Part shown: positions 43,701 through 56,400 of the stretch, one piece after another
Numbering within the stretch: position 1 is the first letter of the stretch
Layout: every line of letters starts with the position of its first letter
DNA from: the human T2T-CHM13v2.0 reference genome, Homo sapiens
Direction: 5' to 3' (one strand)
Assembly (NCBI RefSeq): GCF_009914755.1
Contig: NC_060938.1
Length of the DNA: 64,000 nucleotides
The notes under the pieces: model-generated
The model's database searches: none
What the model saw: the letters and a program-made list of their open reading frames with translations, nothing else
Told to the model about the DNA's origin: nothing
Program-made: the position numbers and the translations under genes

Positions 43701-46700
43701 CAAAGAAGTTTCTCAGAATCCTTCTGTGAAGTTTTTATTTGAAGATATTTGCTTTTCCATGGTAGGGCTCAAAGCGCTCCAAATATCCACTTGCAGATGC
43801 TACAAAAACAGTGTTTCAAAACTGATCAATCAAAAGAAGGATTCAACTCCGTGAGATGAATTCACACATCATGACGAAGTTTCTCAGACTGCTTCTGTGT
43901 AGTTTTTATTTGAAGATATTTCCTTTTCCACCATAGGCTGCAAAGGGCCCCAAATATACACTCATAGATTCTACAAAAAGAAAGATTCACAACTGTTCAA
44001 TCTAAAGATAGGTTCAACTCTGTGACTTGAATACACACATCACAAAGAAGTTTCTCAGAATGCTTCTGTTTAGTTTTTATTTGAAGATATTTCCTTTTCA
44101 GCAATAGGCCTCAAAGCTCTCCACATATCCACTTGCAGATTCTGCATAAAGGGAGATTCAGAGCTGCTCATTCAAAAGATAGGTTCGACTCTGTGTTTTG
44201 AATATACACCTCACAACGAAGTTTCTCAGAATGCTTCTGTGTAGTTTCTATGTGAAGATATTTCCTTTTCCACAATAGGCCTCAAAGCTCTCCAAATATC
44301 AACTTTCAGATTCTGCAAAAAGAGAGATTCAAAACTACTCAATTAGCAGATAGGTTCAACTCTGTGAGTTGAATACACACATCACAAAGAAGTTTCTCAG
44401 AATGCTTCTCTGTAGTTTTTATGTGAAGATATTTCCTTTTCCACAACAGGCCTCAATCGCTACAAATATCCACTTGCAGATTCTACAAACAGAGTCTTTC
44501 AAAACTGCTCAATCAAAAGAAAGGTTCAACTCTGTGACATGAATGTGTACACCACAAAAAAGTTTCTCAGAATATTTCTGTGTAGTTTTTATGTGAAGAT
44601 ATTTGCTTTTCCATGGTAGACCTCAACGCACTCCAAATATCTACTTGCAGATTCTCTAAAAGGAGTGTTTCAAAACTGCTGAATAAAAAGAAAGGATCAA
44701 CTCTGTGAGATGAATGCACTCATCACAAAGACGTTTTTCAGAATGCTTCTGTGTAGCTTTTATGTGAACATATTTCCTTTTCCACAATAGGCCTCAAAGC
44801 GCTCAAAATTTCCACATGCAGGCTCTGCAAAAACAGTGTTTCAAAACCTTTCAATCATAAGACAGGTTCAACCCTGTGAGATGAATGCACACATCAAAAA
44901 GAAATTTCTCAGAATGCATCTGTGTAGTTTTTATGTGAAGATATTTCCTTTTCCACAATAGGCCTCAAAGCTCTTAAATATCCACTTGCAGATTCTGCAA
45001 AAAGGGAGATTCAAAACTGCCTAATTGAAAGAAACGTTCAATTCCATGAGATGAATGCATACATCACAAAGAAGTTTCTCAGAATGCTTCTGTGTAGTTT
45101 TTAGATGAAGATATTTGCTTTAGCACAGTAGGCCTCAAAGCACTCCAAATATCTACTTGCAGATTCTATAAAAGGAGTGTTTCAAAACTGCTGAATACAA
45201 AGAAAGGATTAACTCTGTGAAATGAATGCACACATCACAAAGAAGTTTCTCAGAATGCTTCTGTGTAGTTTTTATTTGAAGGTATTTCCTTTTCCACCAT
45301 AGGCCGCAAAGGGATCCAAATATCCAATTGCAGATTATAAAAAAAAGGAGATTCGAAACTGCTCCATCAAAAGAAACGTTCAACTCTGTGACATGAATGT
45401 GCACATCACAAAAAAGTTTCTCAGAATGTTTCTGTGTAGTTTTTATGTGAAGATATTTGCTTTTCCGTGGTAGGCCTCAAAGTGATCGAAATATCTACTT
45501 GCAGATACTATAAAAGGAGTGTTTCAAAACTGCTGGATAAAAAGAAAGGATCAACTCTGTGAAATGAATGGACACATCACAAAGAAGTTTCTCAGAATGC
45601 TTCGGTGTAGTTTTTATTTGAAGGTATTTCCTTTTCCACCATAGGCTGCAAAGGGCTCCAAATATCCAATTGCAGATTCCAAAAAAAAAGGAGATTCAAT
45701 ACTGCTCAATCAAAAGATAGGTTCAACTCTGTGAATTGAATGCACACATCACAAAGAAGTTTATCAGAATGCTTTTGTGTAGCTTTTATGTGAAGATATT
45801 TCCTTTTCCACAATAGGGCTGATATAGCTCCAAATATCCACTTGCAGATTCTACAAAAACAGTGTTTCATAACTGCTCCATCAAAAGAAAGAATCAACTC
45901 TGTGAGGTGAATGCTCACATCACAAAGACGTTTCTCTGAATGCTTCTGTGTAGTTTTTATGTGAACATATTTGATTTTCCACAATTGGCCGCAAAGTGCT
46001 CCAAATATCCACTTGCTGATTTCCACAAAAAGTGTGTTTCAAAACTGCTCAATCATAAGGTAGGTTCACCCTGTGAGATGAATGCACACATCACAACGAA
46101 GTTTCTCAGAATGCTTCTGTGTAGTTTTTATGTGAACATATTTCCTTTTCCACCATAGGCCACAAAGGGCTCCAAATATCCACTCACAGATTCTACAAAA
46201 AAAGAGATTCAAAACGGTTTAATCAAAGCTAGGTTCAACTCTGTCAGTTGAATGCACACATCACAAAGAAGTTTCTCAAAATACTTCTGTGTAGTTTTTA
46301 CATGAAGATATTTGCTTTTCCCCAATAGGCCTCAAAGCTCTCCAAAATCCACTTGCAGATTCTGCAAAAAGAGATTCAAAACTGCTCCATCAAAAGAGAG
46401 GTTCGACTCTGTCAGTTGAATGCACACATCACAAAGTAGTTTCTCAGAATGATTTTGTGTAGTTTTTAGGTGAAGATATTTGTGATTCCACAGTAGGCCT
46501 CAAAGCCCTCCAAATATCCATTTGCTCATTATACAAAAAGAGTGTATCAAAACTGCTCAATCATAAGATAGGTTCAACCCTGTGAGATGAATGCACACAT
46601 CACAAATAAGTTTCTCAGAATGCTTCTGTGTAGTTTTTATTTGAAGATATTTCCTTTTCCACCATAGGCCACAAAGGGCTCCAAATATCCACTTGAAGAT

Positions 46701-47488
46701 TCTACAAAAAGAGAGATTCAAAACTTCTCCATCAAGAGATAAGTTCAACTCTGTGAGTTGAATGGACACATCACAAAGAAGTTTCTCAGAATGCTTCTGT
46801 GTAGTTTTTATTTGAAGATACATCCTTTTCCACAATAGGCCTCAAACCGCTCTGACTATCCACTTACAGATTCTATAAAAAGAGAGATTCAAAACTGCTC
46901 AATCAATAGATAGGTTCGACTCTGTGCGTTGAATGCACACCTCACAGAGAAGTTTCTCAGAATGCTTCTGTGTAGTTTGTATTTGAAGATATTTGCTTTT
47001 CCACAGTAGGCCTGAAAGGTCTCCAAATATCCACTTGCAGATTCTGCCAAAAGAGAGATTCAAAACTGCTCAATCCAAAGATATGTTCAACCCTTTGAGT
47101 TGAATGCACACATCACAAAGAAGTTTTTCAGAATGCTTCTGTGTAGTTTTTATCTGAAGATATTTCCTTTTCCACAGAAGGCCTCAGAGGTCTTTAATAT
47201 CTACTTGCAGATTCTGCAAAATGAGTGATTCAAAACAGCTCAATCAGAAGATATTTTCGACTCTGTGAGTTGAATGCACACCTAACAAAAAAGTTTTTCA
47301 CAATGCTTCTGTGTAGTTTTTAGATGTAGATGTTTGCTTTCCCACATTAGGTCTCAAAACGTTCCAAATATACACTTGCAGATTCTGCAAAAAGAGAGAT
47401 TCTAAACTGCTCATTCAAGAGATAGGTTCAAATCTGGGAATTGACTGCACACCTCATAAAGAACTTTCTCAGAATGCTTCTGGGTAGT
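37720..47488 (-). repeat. Divergent alpha satellite, reverse orientation (dimeric layer to ~41560, then the aagataggt/aatatccac layer)
   Basis: ~171-bp units; after ~41560 monomers carry tgtgtagttttt, caaatatccac, gagagattcaaaac, aaaagataggttc, as in 1-1000. Confidence 0.97.
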
Positions 47489-50400
47489 GGAGTGGAGAAG
47501 AGTGGAGTGGATTAGAGTGGTAAGGAGTGGAATGCAATGGAGTGGAGTGGAATGGAATGGAATGGAACGGAATGGAATGGAAAGGAGTGGAACAGAATGG
47601 AGTACAGGGGAGTAGAATGGAGTTGAGTGGAGTGTATCAGAGTGCAGAGGAATGGAAAGGAATGGAATGGATTGGAATGGATTGGAGTGGAGTGGAGTGG
47701 AATGGAGTGAAATAGAGTGTAGTGGAATGCAGTGGAATGGAATGGAATGGAGTTGAATGGAACGGAATGGAGTGGAAAGGAATGGAATGGAACTTAAAGG
47801 AATCTAGTGGAGTGGAGTTGAGTGGAGTTGATTGGAGTGCAGTGGAATTCAATGGCATGGACTGGAATGGAATAGAGTGGAGTGGAGTGGAGTGGAAAGA
47901 AGTGGAATAGAATGGAATGAAATGGAGTGGAGTGGAATGGTATGGAATGGAATGGAATGGAATGGAATGGAACGGAATGGAAGAGAATGGAATGGAATTG
48001 AACGGAGCAGAGTGAAGTGGAATGGAGTTGAGTGGAGGGGATCGGAGTGGAGGGGAATGGAATGGAACAGAATGGAGTGGAGTGGAGTGGAGTTGAATGG
48101 AATGGAGTGGAGTGGAACTGAATGGAATGGAATGGAATGGAACGGAATGGAATGGAACAGAACGGAGTGGAGTGGAGTGGAGTTGAGTGGAGTGGTTTGG
48201 AGTGCAGGGGAATGGAAACGAATGGAATGTAATGGAATGGAATGGAATGAAACGGGATGGAATGCAACGAAGAAATGAAATGTGAGCTAAGATTGTGCCA
48301 CTGCACCCCAGTCTGGGTGAAAGAGGTAGATCCAGTTGAAATAAAGGAATGGAATGGAATGGAGTGGAGTGGAATGGAGTGGAGTGGATTGGAGTGGAGT
48401 GGAATGGAGGGGAGTGTAGTGTCGCGGAATGAGTGGAGCAGAATGGAGTGGAATGGAATGGAGTGGAATTGAGTGGAATGGAATGGAATGGAATGGAGTG
48501 GAATGGAATGGAATGGAATGCATTGGAGCTGAATGGAAAGGAATGGAATGGAGGGGAATATAATGGAATGGAATGCATTGGAGCTGAATGGAAAGGAATG
48601 GAATGGAGGGGAATGGAATGGCATGAATTGGAGTGGAATGGAATGGAATGGAGTGGAATATAATGGAATGGACTGCAATAAAATGTAGTGGAGTGTAGTG
48701 GAGTGTAGTGGAGTGTAGTGGAATGTAGTGGAATGGAATGGAGGGCAGTGGGATGGAGTGGAACAGAACGGAAGACAATGAAGTGCAGTGTATTGTAATG
48801 GAATGGAGTGGAATAGAATGGAGTGGAGTGGTGTGGACTGGAGTGGAGTGGAGTGGAATGGAGTGGAAAGGAATGGAGTGGAGTGGAAAGGAATGGAATG
48901 GAATGGAAAGAAATGGAACGGAATGGAAGGGAATGAAATGGAACAGAACGGAATGGAATAGATTGGACTGGAATGGAGTGGAGTGGAGTAGGGTGGAGCG
49001 GATCGGAATGCAGTGGAATGAAATTGAATGCAATGGAATGAAATAGAATGGAATTTAGGGGAGTGGCGTGGGGTGGATTGGAGTGGAGTTGAGTGCAGTA
49101 GAGTGGAATGGAGTGGAATGGAATGTAGTGGAGTGGAATGGAATGGAAAGGAACAGAAAGGAATGGAATGGAATGGAATGGAACGGAATGGAGTGGAGTC
49201 TAATGGAGTGAAGTGGAGTGGAGTGGAGTGGAATGAAATGGAGTGGAGTGGAACAGAATGGAACTGACCGGAACGGAATGGAATCGAATGGAGCGGAGTG
49301 GAGTTGAGAGGAGTGGATTGGAGTGCAGTGGAATGAAATGGAATGGAATGGAATGGAATGGAATGTATTGCAGTGGATTCGAGTGGAGTGGAGTGTAGTT
49401 GAATGGAGTGGAATGAAATGCAGTGGAGTGGAATGGAATGGAATGGGATGGAATGGAATAGAATGGAATGGAATGGAATGGAATGGAATGGAATGGAATG
49501 GAATGGAATGGAATGGAATGGAAAGGAGTGGAGTGGAGTGGAGTTGACTGGAGTGGATCAGATTGCCGTGGAAAGGAAAGGAAAGGAATGGAATGGAATG
49601 GAATGGAATGGAATGGAAAGGAGTGTAGTGGAATGGAGTGGAGTGCAGTGTATTGGAGTGGAATGGAGTGGAGTGGAGTGCAGTGGAGTGGAAAGGAGTG
49701 GAGTGGTGTGGAGTGGAATGGAATGGAACTGAACTGCACAGAGTGGAAAGGAATGGAAAGGAGTGGAGTGGAGTAGCATTGAGTGGAATGGATGGGAATG
49801 CTTTGGAATGGAATGGAAAATAATTTAATGAAATTTAGTGGAGTGGAATGGAGTTTAGTGGAGTGGAGTGGAATGAAATTGAATGGATTACAGTTTAGTG
49901 GAGTGGAGTGGAGTGGAATGGAGTGGAATGGAGTGGAATAGAATGGAGTGGAGTGGAATGGAATAAAAAGGATCAGAATGCTATGGAATGGGATGGAACG
50001 GAATGGAGTGGAGTGGAGTGGAGTTGAGTGGAGTGGATAGGATGGCAGTGGAATAGAATGGAATGAAATGCAATTGAATGAAATGGAATGGAATCGTGCA
50101 ATGAAGTGTGAGCTAAGATTATGCCACTGCACTCTAGTCTGGGAGACAGAGTGAGATATAGTCGAAATAAAAGAATGGATTGAAATGCAGTAGAATATAA
50201 TGGAATGGAGTGGAGTGGAATGGAATGGAGTGGAATAGAATGGAGTGGAGTGGAATGGAGGGGAGTGGATTGGAGTGGAGTGGAATGGAGTGGAATAGAA
50301 TGAAATGGAATGGAGTGGAGTGGAAGAAATAGAGTGGAATGGAGTGGAGTGGAATGGAGTGGAGGGGAGTGAGTGGAATGCGGTGGAGTGGAATGGAATG

Positions 50401-53400
50401 GAGAGGACTGGAGTGGAATGGAATGGAGTGGACTGGAGTGGAATGGAGTGGAATGAATTGGAATGGAATGAATGGAGTGGAATGGAGTGGAATGGAGTGG
50501 AGTGTATTGGAGTGGATTGTAGTGGAGGGAAGTGGAATGGAGTAGAGTGGAGTGAAATGGAGTGGAGTGGAATGGAATGGAATGGAGTTTAATGGAACGG
50601 AATGGAACGTACCAGAACAGAATGGAATGGAACGGAATGGAGTGGAGTGAAATGGAGTGGAACTGAGTGGAGTGGATCAGAGTGCTGTGGAATGGAATGG
50701 AATGGAATGGAATGGAATGAAATTGAAGGGAGTGGAGTGGAGTGGGGTGGAGTGGATAGGAGTGGAATGGAGTGGAGTGGTGTGGAGTGGACTGGAATAG
50801 AGTGGAATGGAATGGAGTGGATTGGAATGCAATGGAAAGGAACAGAATGGAATGAATGGAACAGAATGGTATGGAATGGAATGGAATGGAGTGGAGTGGA
50901 ATGGAGTTGAGTGGAGTGGATCAGATTGCTGTGGAATGGAAAGGAATGGAATGGAATGGAAAGGAGTGTAGTGGAATGGAGTGGAGTGGAGTGGAATGGA
51001 GAGGAGTGGAATGGAGTGGGGTGGGGTGGATTGGAGTGCAGTGGAGTGGAATGCAGTGGATTGGAGTGTAATGGAATGGAGTGGAATGCAATGGAACAGA
51101 GCAGAATGCAACAGAACGGAATGGAACAGAGTGGAGAGGAGTAGAGTTGCGTGGAGTGGATCAGACTGCAGTGTAATGGAGTGGAATGGAATTTAAAGTA
51201 ATCGAGAGGACTGGAGTGGAGTGGAGTTTACTGGAGTGCAGTGGAATAGAGTGGATTAGAGTAGCGTGGAGCGGAGTTGAGTGGAATGGAGTGGAATGGA
51301 ATGCAGTGGAATGGAATGGAATGAAATGGAACAGAATGCAATGGAATGGAAAGGAGTGGAATGGAACGGAACGGAGTGGAGTTGAGTGGAGTTGAGTGGA
51401 TTGGATCGGATTTCAGTGCAATGGAATACAATGGAATGCAATTGAATGGAATGGAAAGGAATGGTGAAATGAAATGTGTGCTAAGATTGTGCCACAGTGT
51501 TCGAGTCTGGGTGACAAAGTGAGATCCAGTCGAAATACAGGAATGCAATGGAATGGAGTGGAATGGAATGCAATGGAGTGAAGTAGAATGGAATGTTGAG
51601 GAAAGGATTGGAGTTGATTGGAATGGAGTGGAGTGGAATGGAATGGAGGGAAATGGAGTGGAATGCAGTGGAATGGAGTAGAATGGAATGGAGTTGAAGG
51701 GAATGGAATGCAATGGAGTGGAGTGGAGTGGAGTGGAATGGAGTGGAATCGATTGAAATGGAGTGGAGTACAAAGGAGTGGAGTGGAACGGAATGGAGTT
51801 GAATAGAATGGAATGGAAAGGATTGGAACGGAATGGAAATGACTGCAGTGGAATGGAATGCAGTGGAACTGAGTGGAGTGGACCGGAGTGCAGTGGAATG
51901 GAACTTGAATGGAGCGGAGTGCAGTGGAATGGGGCGGAATGTAATTGAGTGGAGTGGAATGGAATGAAATGGCATAGAATGGAATGGAATGGAACGGAAT
52001 GGAATGGAATGCAACAGAACGGAGTGGAGTGGGGTGTGGTGGTTTTGATTGAAGTGGAACTGATTGCCATGGATTGGAAAGGAATGGAATGGAAAGGAAT
52101 GTAGTGGAATGGATTGGAGTGGAGTGCAGTGGAGTGGAATGGAGTGGAGTGGAATGGAATGGAAAGGAATGGAAAGGAGTGTAGTGGAATGGATTGGAGT
52201 GGAGTGCAGTGGACTGGAATGGAGTGGAGTGGAATGAAAAGGAATGGAATGGAATGGAATGCAATGGAAAGGTGAAATGAAATGTGAGCTACGATTGTGC
52301 ACTGCACTCCATTCTGGGTGACACAGTGAGATCCAGTCAAAATAAAAGAATGGAATGGAATGGAGTAGAATGGAATGGAATGGAGTGGAGTGGAATGGAG
52401 TGGAGCGGAATGGAGTGGAGTGTAATGGAGCAGAATGGAGTGGAATGGAATGAAGTGGAATGGAGTGAAATGGAGTGGAGTGGAGTGGAGTGGACTGGAG
52501 TGGAGTGGAATGAAAAGAATGGAATGGTGAAATGAAATGTGAGTTACAATTGTGCCACTGTACTCCAGTCTGGGTGACACAGTGAGATCCTGTCAAAACA
52601 GAGGAACAGAATGGAATGGCGTAGAATAGAATGGATTGTAGTGGAGTGGAATTGAATGGAGTGGAATGGAGTGGAGTGGAATGGGGTGGCATGGAAAGGA
52701 GTGGAGTGTAATGGAGTGTAATGGAGTGGAATGGAATGGAGTGGAATGGAGTGAAATGGAGTGGAGTGGAGTGGAATGGAATGGAGTTGAGTGGAGTGGA
52801 AAGGAGTGAATGGAGTGTAATGGAGTGGAGTGGAGAGGAGTGGAGTTGAATGTAATGGAGTGCAATGGAACAGAACAGAACGGAATGGAACGGAATGGGA
52901 TGGAGTGGAGTGGAGTGGAGTTTAGTGGAGTGGATCAGAGTGAAGTGGAATGGAATGGGATGGAATGGAATGGAATCGAAAGGAGGGGAATGGAGTGGAT
53001 GGAGTTTAGTGGTGTAGAGTGGAATGGAGTGAAGTGGAGTGGAGTGGACTGGAGTGGACTGGAGTGGAATGGAGTGGAATGGTATGCAGTGGAGTGGAAA
53101 GGAATGGAATGGAACGGAATGCAATGCAATGGAACGGACTGGAATGGAATGGAACAGAATGGAGTTGAGTTGAGTGGAGTGGAGTTGAGAGGATTGGAGT
53201 GGAGTGGAGTGGAATGGAATGGAATGGAATGGAATGGAATGGTGAAATGAAATTTGAGCTAAGATTGTTCCACTGTACTCCTCTCTGGGTGACAGAGTGA
53301 AACCCAGTGGAAATAAAGGAATGGAATGGAATGGAGTAGAATGGAATTGAATGGTGTGGAATGGAATGGAATGGAATGGAGTGGAATAGAATGGAATGGA

Positions 53401-56400
53401 GTGGAGTGGGGTGGAGTAGAATGGAATGGAATAGAATGGAATGGACTCATGAAATGAAATGTGAGCTGAAATTGTGCCACTGCTCTCCAGCCTGGGTAAC
53501 AGAGTGAGATCATCTCAAAGAAAGGAATGGAATCGAATGGAGTGGAATGGAATAGAGTGGAATGGTGTGGATTAGAGTGGAGTGGAGTGAAGTGGAGTGG
53601 AATGGAGTGGAATGGAATGGTGAAATGAAACGTGAGATGAGATTGTGCTACTGCACTCCAGCCTGTATCACAGAGTGAGATCCTGTCGAAAGAAGGGAAT
53701 GGAATGGTGTGGAAGGGAATGGAAAGAGATGGAGTGGAATGGAATGGAATGGAAAGGAATGGAATGGAATGGAATGGGATGGCATGGGATGGGATGGAAT
53801 GGAATGGAATGGAATGGAATGGAAACGGATGGAATGGAATGGAATGGAAACAGATGGAATGGAATGGAATGGAATGGAATGGAATGGAATGGAATGGAAT
53901 GGAATGGAATGGAATGAAATGGGATGGAATGGAATGGAGTGGAGTGGAGTGGAATGGTGTGGCATGGAATGGAATCTAATGGGATGCAGTGTAATGGAAT
54001 GGAATGGAGTGGAGTGCAGTGGAATGGAAAGGAGTGGCATGGAATGGGATGGAGTGTAGTGATGTGGAGTGGACTGGAGTTGAGTGGAGTGTAGTGGAAG
54101 GGAGTGGAATGTAGTGCAGTGGAATGGAGTAGATCAGAATGGAACGAAACGGAATGGAATGGGAAGTACTGGTGAAATGAAATGTGAGCTGAGATTGTGC
54201 CACTTCACTCCAGCCTGGGTGACAGAGTGAGATCCTGTAGAAGGATAGGAAAGTAGTGTAATGGAGTGTATTGGAATTGAATGGAATGCAATACAGTGGA
54301 GTTGAGTGGAGTGGAATGGAGTGGAATGTACTGTGTTGTAATGGAAAGTATCGGAGTGGAGTGGAGTGGAGTGAAATGGAGTGGAATGGATTTGGATGGA
54401 ATGGAGTGTATAGGAGAGGATTGGAGTGCATTGGAATGGAAGGGAATGGAGTGGAGTGGAGTTGAGTGGACTGGAGTGGAATGGAATGGAAAGGTGAAAT
54501 GAAATGTGAGCTCAGATTGTGCCACTGTACTCCAGCCTGTGTGACAGAGTGAGACCCTGTCAAAAGAAAGTGATGGAATGGAATAGAGTGGAATGGAAAG
54601 GAATAGAATTGAATGGAGTGGAGTGGAGTGGAGTGGAATGGAGTGGAATGGAAGGGGATGAAAGGGAATGTAATGGATTGGAGTGGAGTGGAGTGATGTG
54701 GAATGGAGTGGAGTGGAATGGAGTGGAGTGCAGTGGAGTGCAATGGAATGGAATGGAATGGAATGGAATGGTGAAATTAAATGTGAGCTGTGATTGTGCG
54801 ACTGCAGTCCAGCCTGGGTGACAGAGTGAGATGTTGTCGAAAGAAAGGAATGGAATGGAATGGAGTGGAATGGAATGGAGATGAGTGGAGTGGAGTAGAG
54901 TGGAGAGGAATGGAATGGAGTGGAATGGGATGGGATGGAATTGAATGGAATGTAGCAGAGTGGAGTGGACTGGAATGGAATTTACTGAAATGTAATGTAA
55001 TGGAATGGAATGGCGTGGAATGGAGTGGGGTTGAGTGGTAAGGATTGTAATTAAATGGAATGGAATGCAATGCAATGGAATGGTGAAATGAAATGTGAGC
55101 TGAGATTGTGCCACTGCACTTCAGCCTCAGTGATAGAGTGAGACCCGTTCGAAGAAAACGAATGGAATGGCATGGAATGGAGTGGAATGGAATGGAATGG
55201 AGTGGAGAGTAGTGGACTGGAGTGGAGTGGAGTGGAGTGGAATGGAATGGTTTAGAGTGGAATTGAATGGAGTGGAGGGTAGTGGAGTGAAGTGGAGTGC
55301 AATGGAGTGGAATGGAATAGGATGGAATGGAATGGAGTGGAGTGGTGTGGAGTGGACTGGAGTGGAAGGGAGTTGAATGGAATGGAGTGGAGTGGTGTAG
55401 AGTGGAAAGGAGTGGAAGTGAGTTGAATGGAATGGGATGGAATGGAGTGGAGTGGAGTGGAGTGGAGTGGAGTGGAATGGAATGGAATGGAATTGAACGG
55501 AATGGAAAGGAAAGGAATGGAATGGAATGGAATGGATTAGAATGGTGAAATGAAATGTGAACTGAAATAGTGTTACTGCACTCCAGCCTTGGTGACAGAG
55601 TGAGATTCTGTTAAAAGAAAGGAATGGAATGGAATGGAGTAGAATGGACTGGAATGGAGTGAAGTGGAGTGGGACGGAGTGGAATATAATGGTATGGGAT
55701 GGAATGGAGTGGAGTGGAGTGGAGTGGAATGGAATGGAATGGAATGGAATGGAATTGAACGGAATGGAAAGGAAAGGAATGGAATGGAATGGAATGGATT
55801 GGAATGGTGAAATGAAATGTGAACTGAAATAGTGTTACTACACTCCAGCCTTGGTGACAGAGTGAGAATCTGTTAAAATAAAGGAATGGAATGGAATGGA
55901 GAGGAGTGGAGTGGAGTGGAATGGAATGGAGTGGAATGTAATGGTATGGAATGACATGGAGTGGAGTGGCGTGGAGTTGAATGGAGTGGACTGGAGTGGA
56001 GTGGAATGTAATGTAATGGAGTGGAATGGATATAGTGGAGTGGAATGGAATGGAATGAAATGGAATGGAATGGAATGGAATGGTGAAACGTAATGTGAGC
56101 TGAGATTGTGCCACTGCACTCCAACCTGGGGGACAGAGTGAGATCCTGTCCAAAGAAAGGAATGGAAGAGAATGGAGAGGAATGGAATGGAATGGAGTGG
56201 ATTAGAGTGGAGAGGAGTGGAGTGGAAGGGAATGGAGTGGAGTGGAATGGATTGTAGAGGAGTGGAATGGAGTGGAATGGAATGGGATGGAATGGAGTGG
56301 AGTGGAGTGGAGTGGAATAGAATGGAATGGAATGGAATTTAATGGAATGGAATGGAATGGTGAAATGAAATGTGAACTGAAATAGTTTCACTGCACTCCA

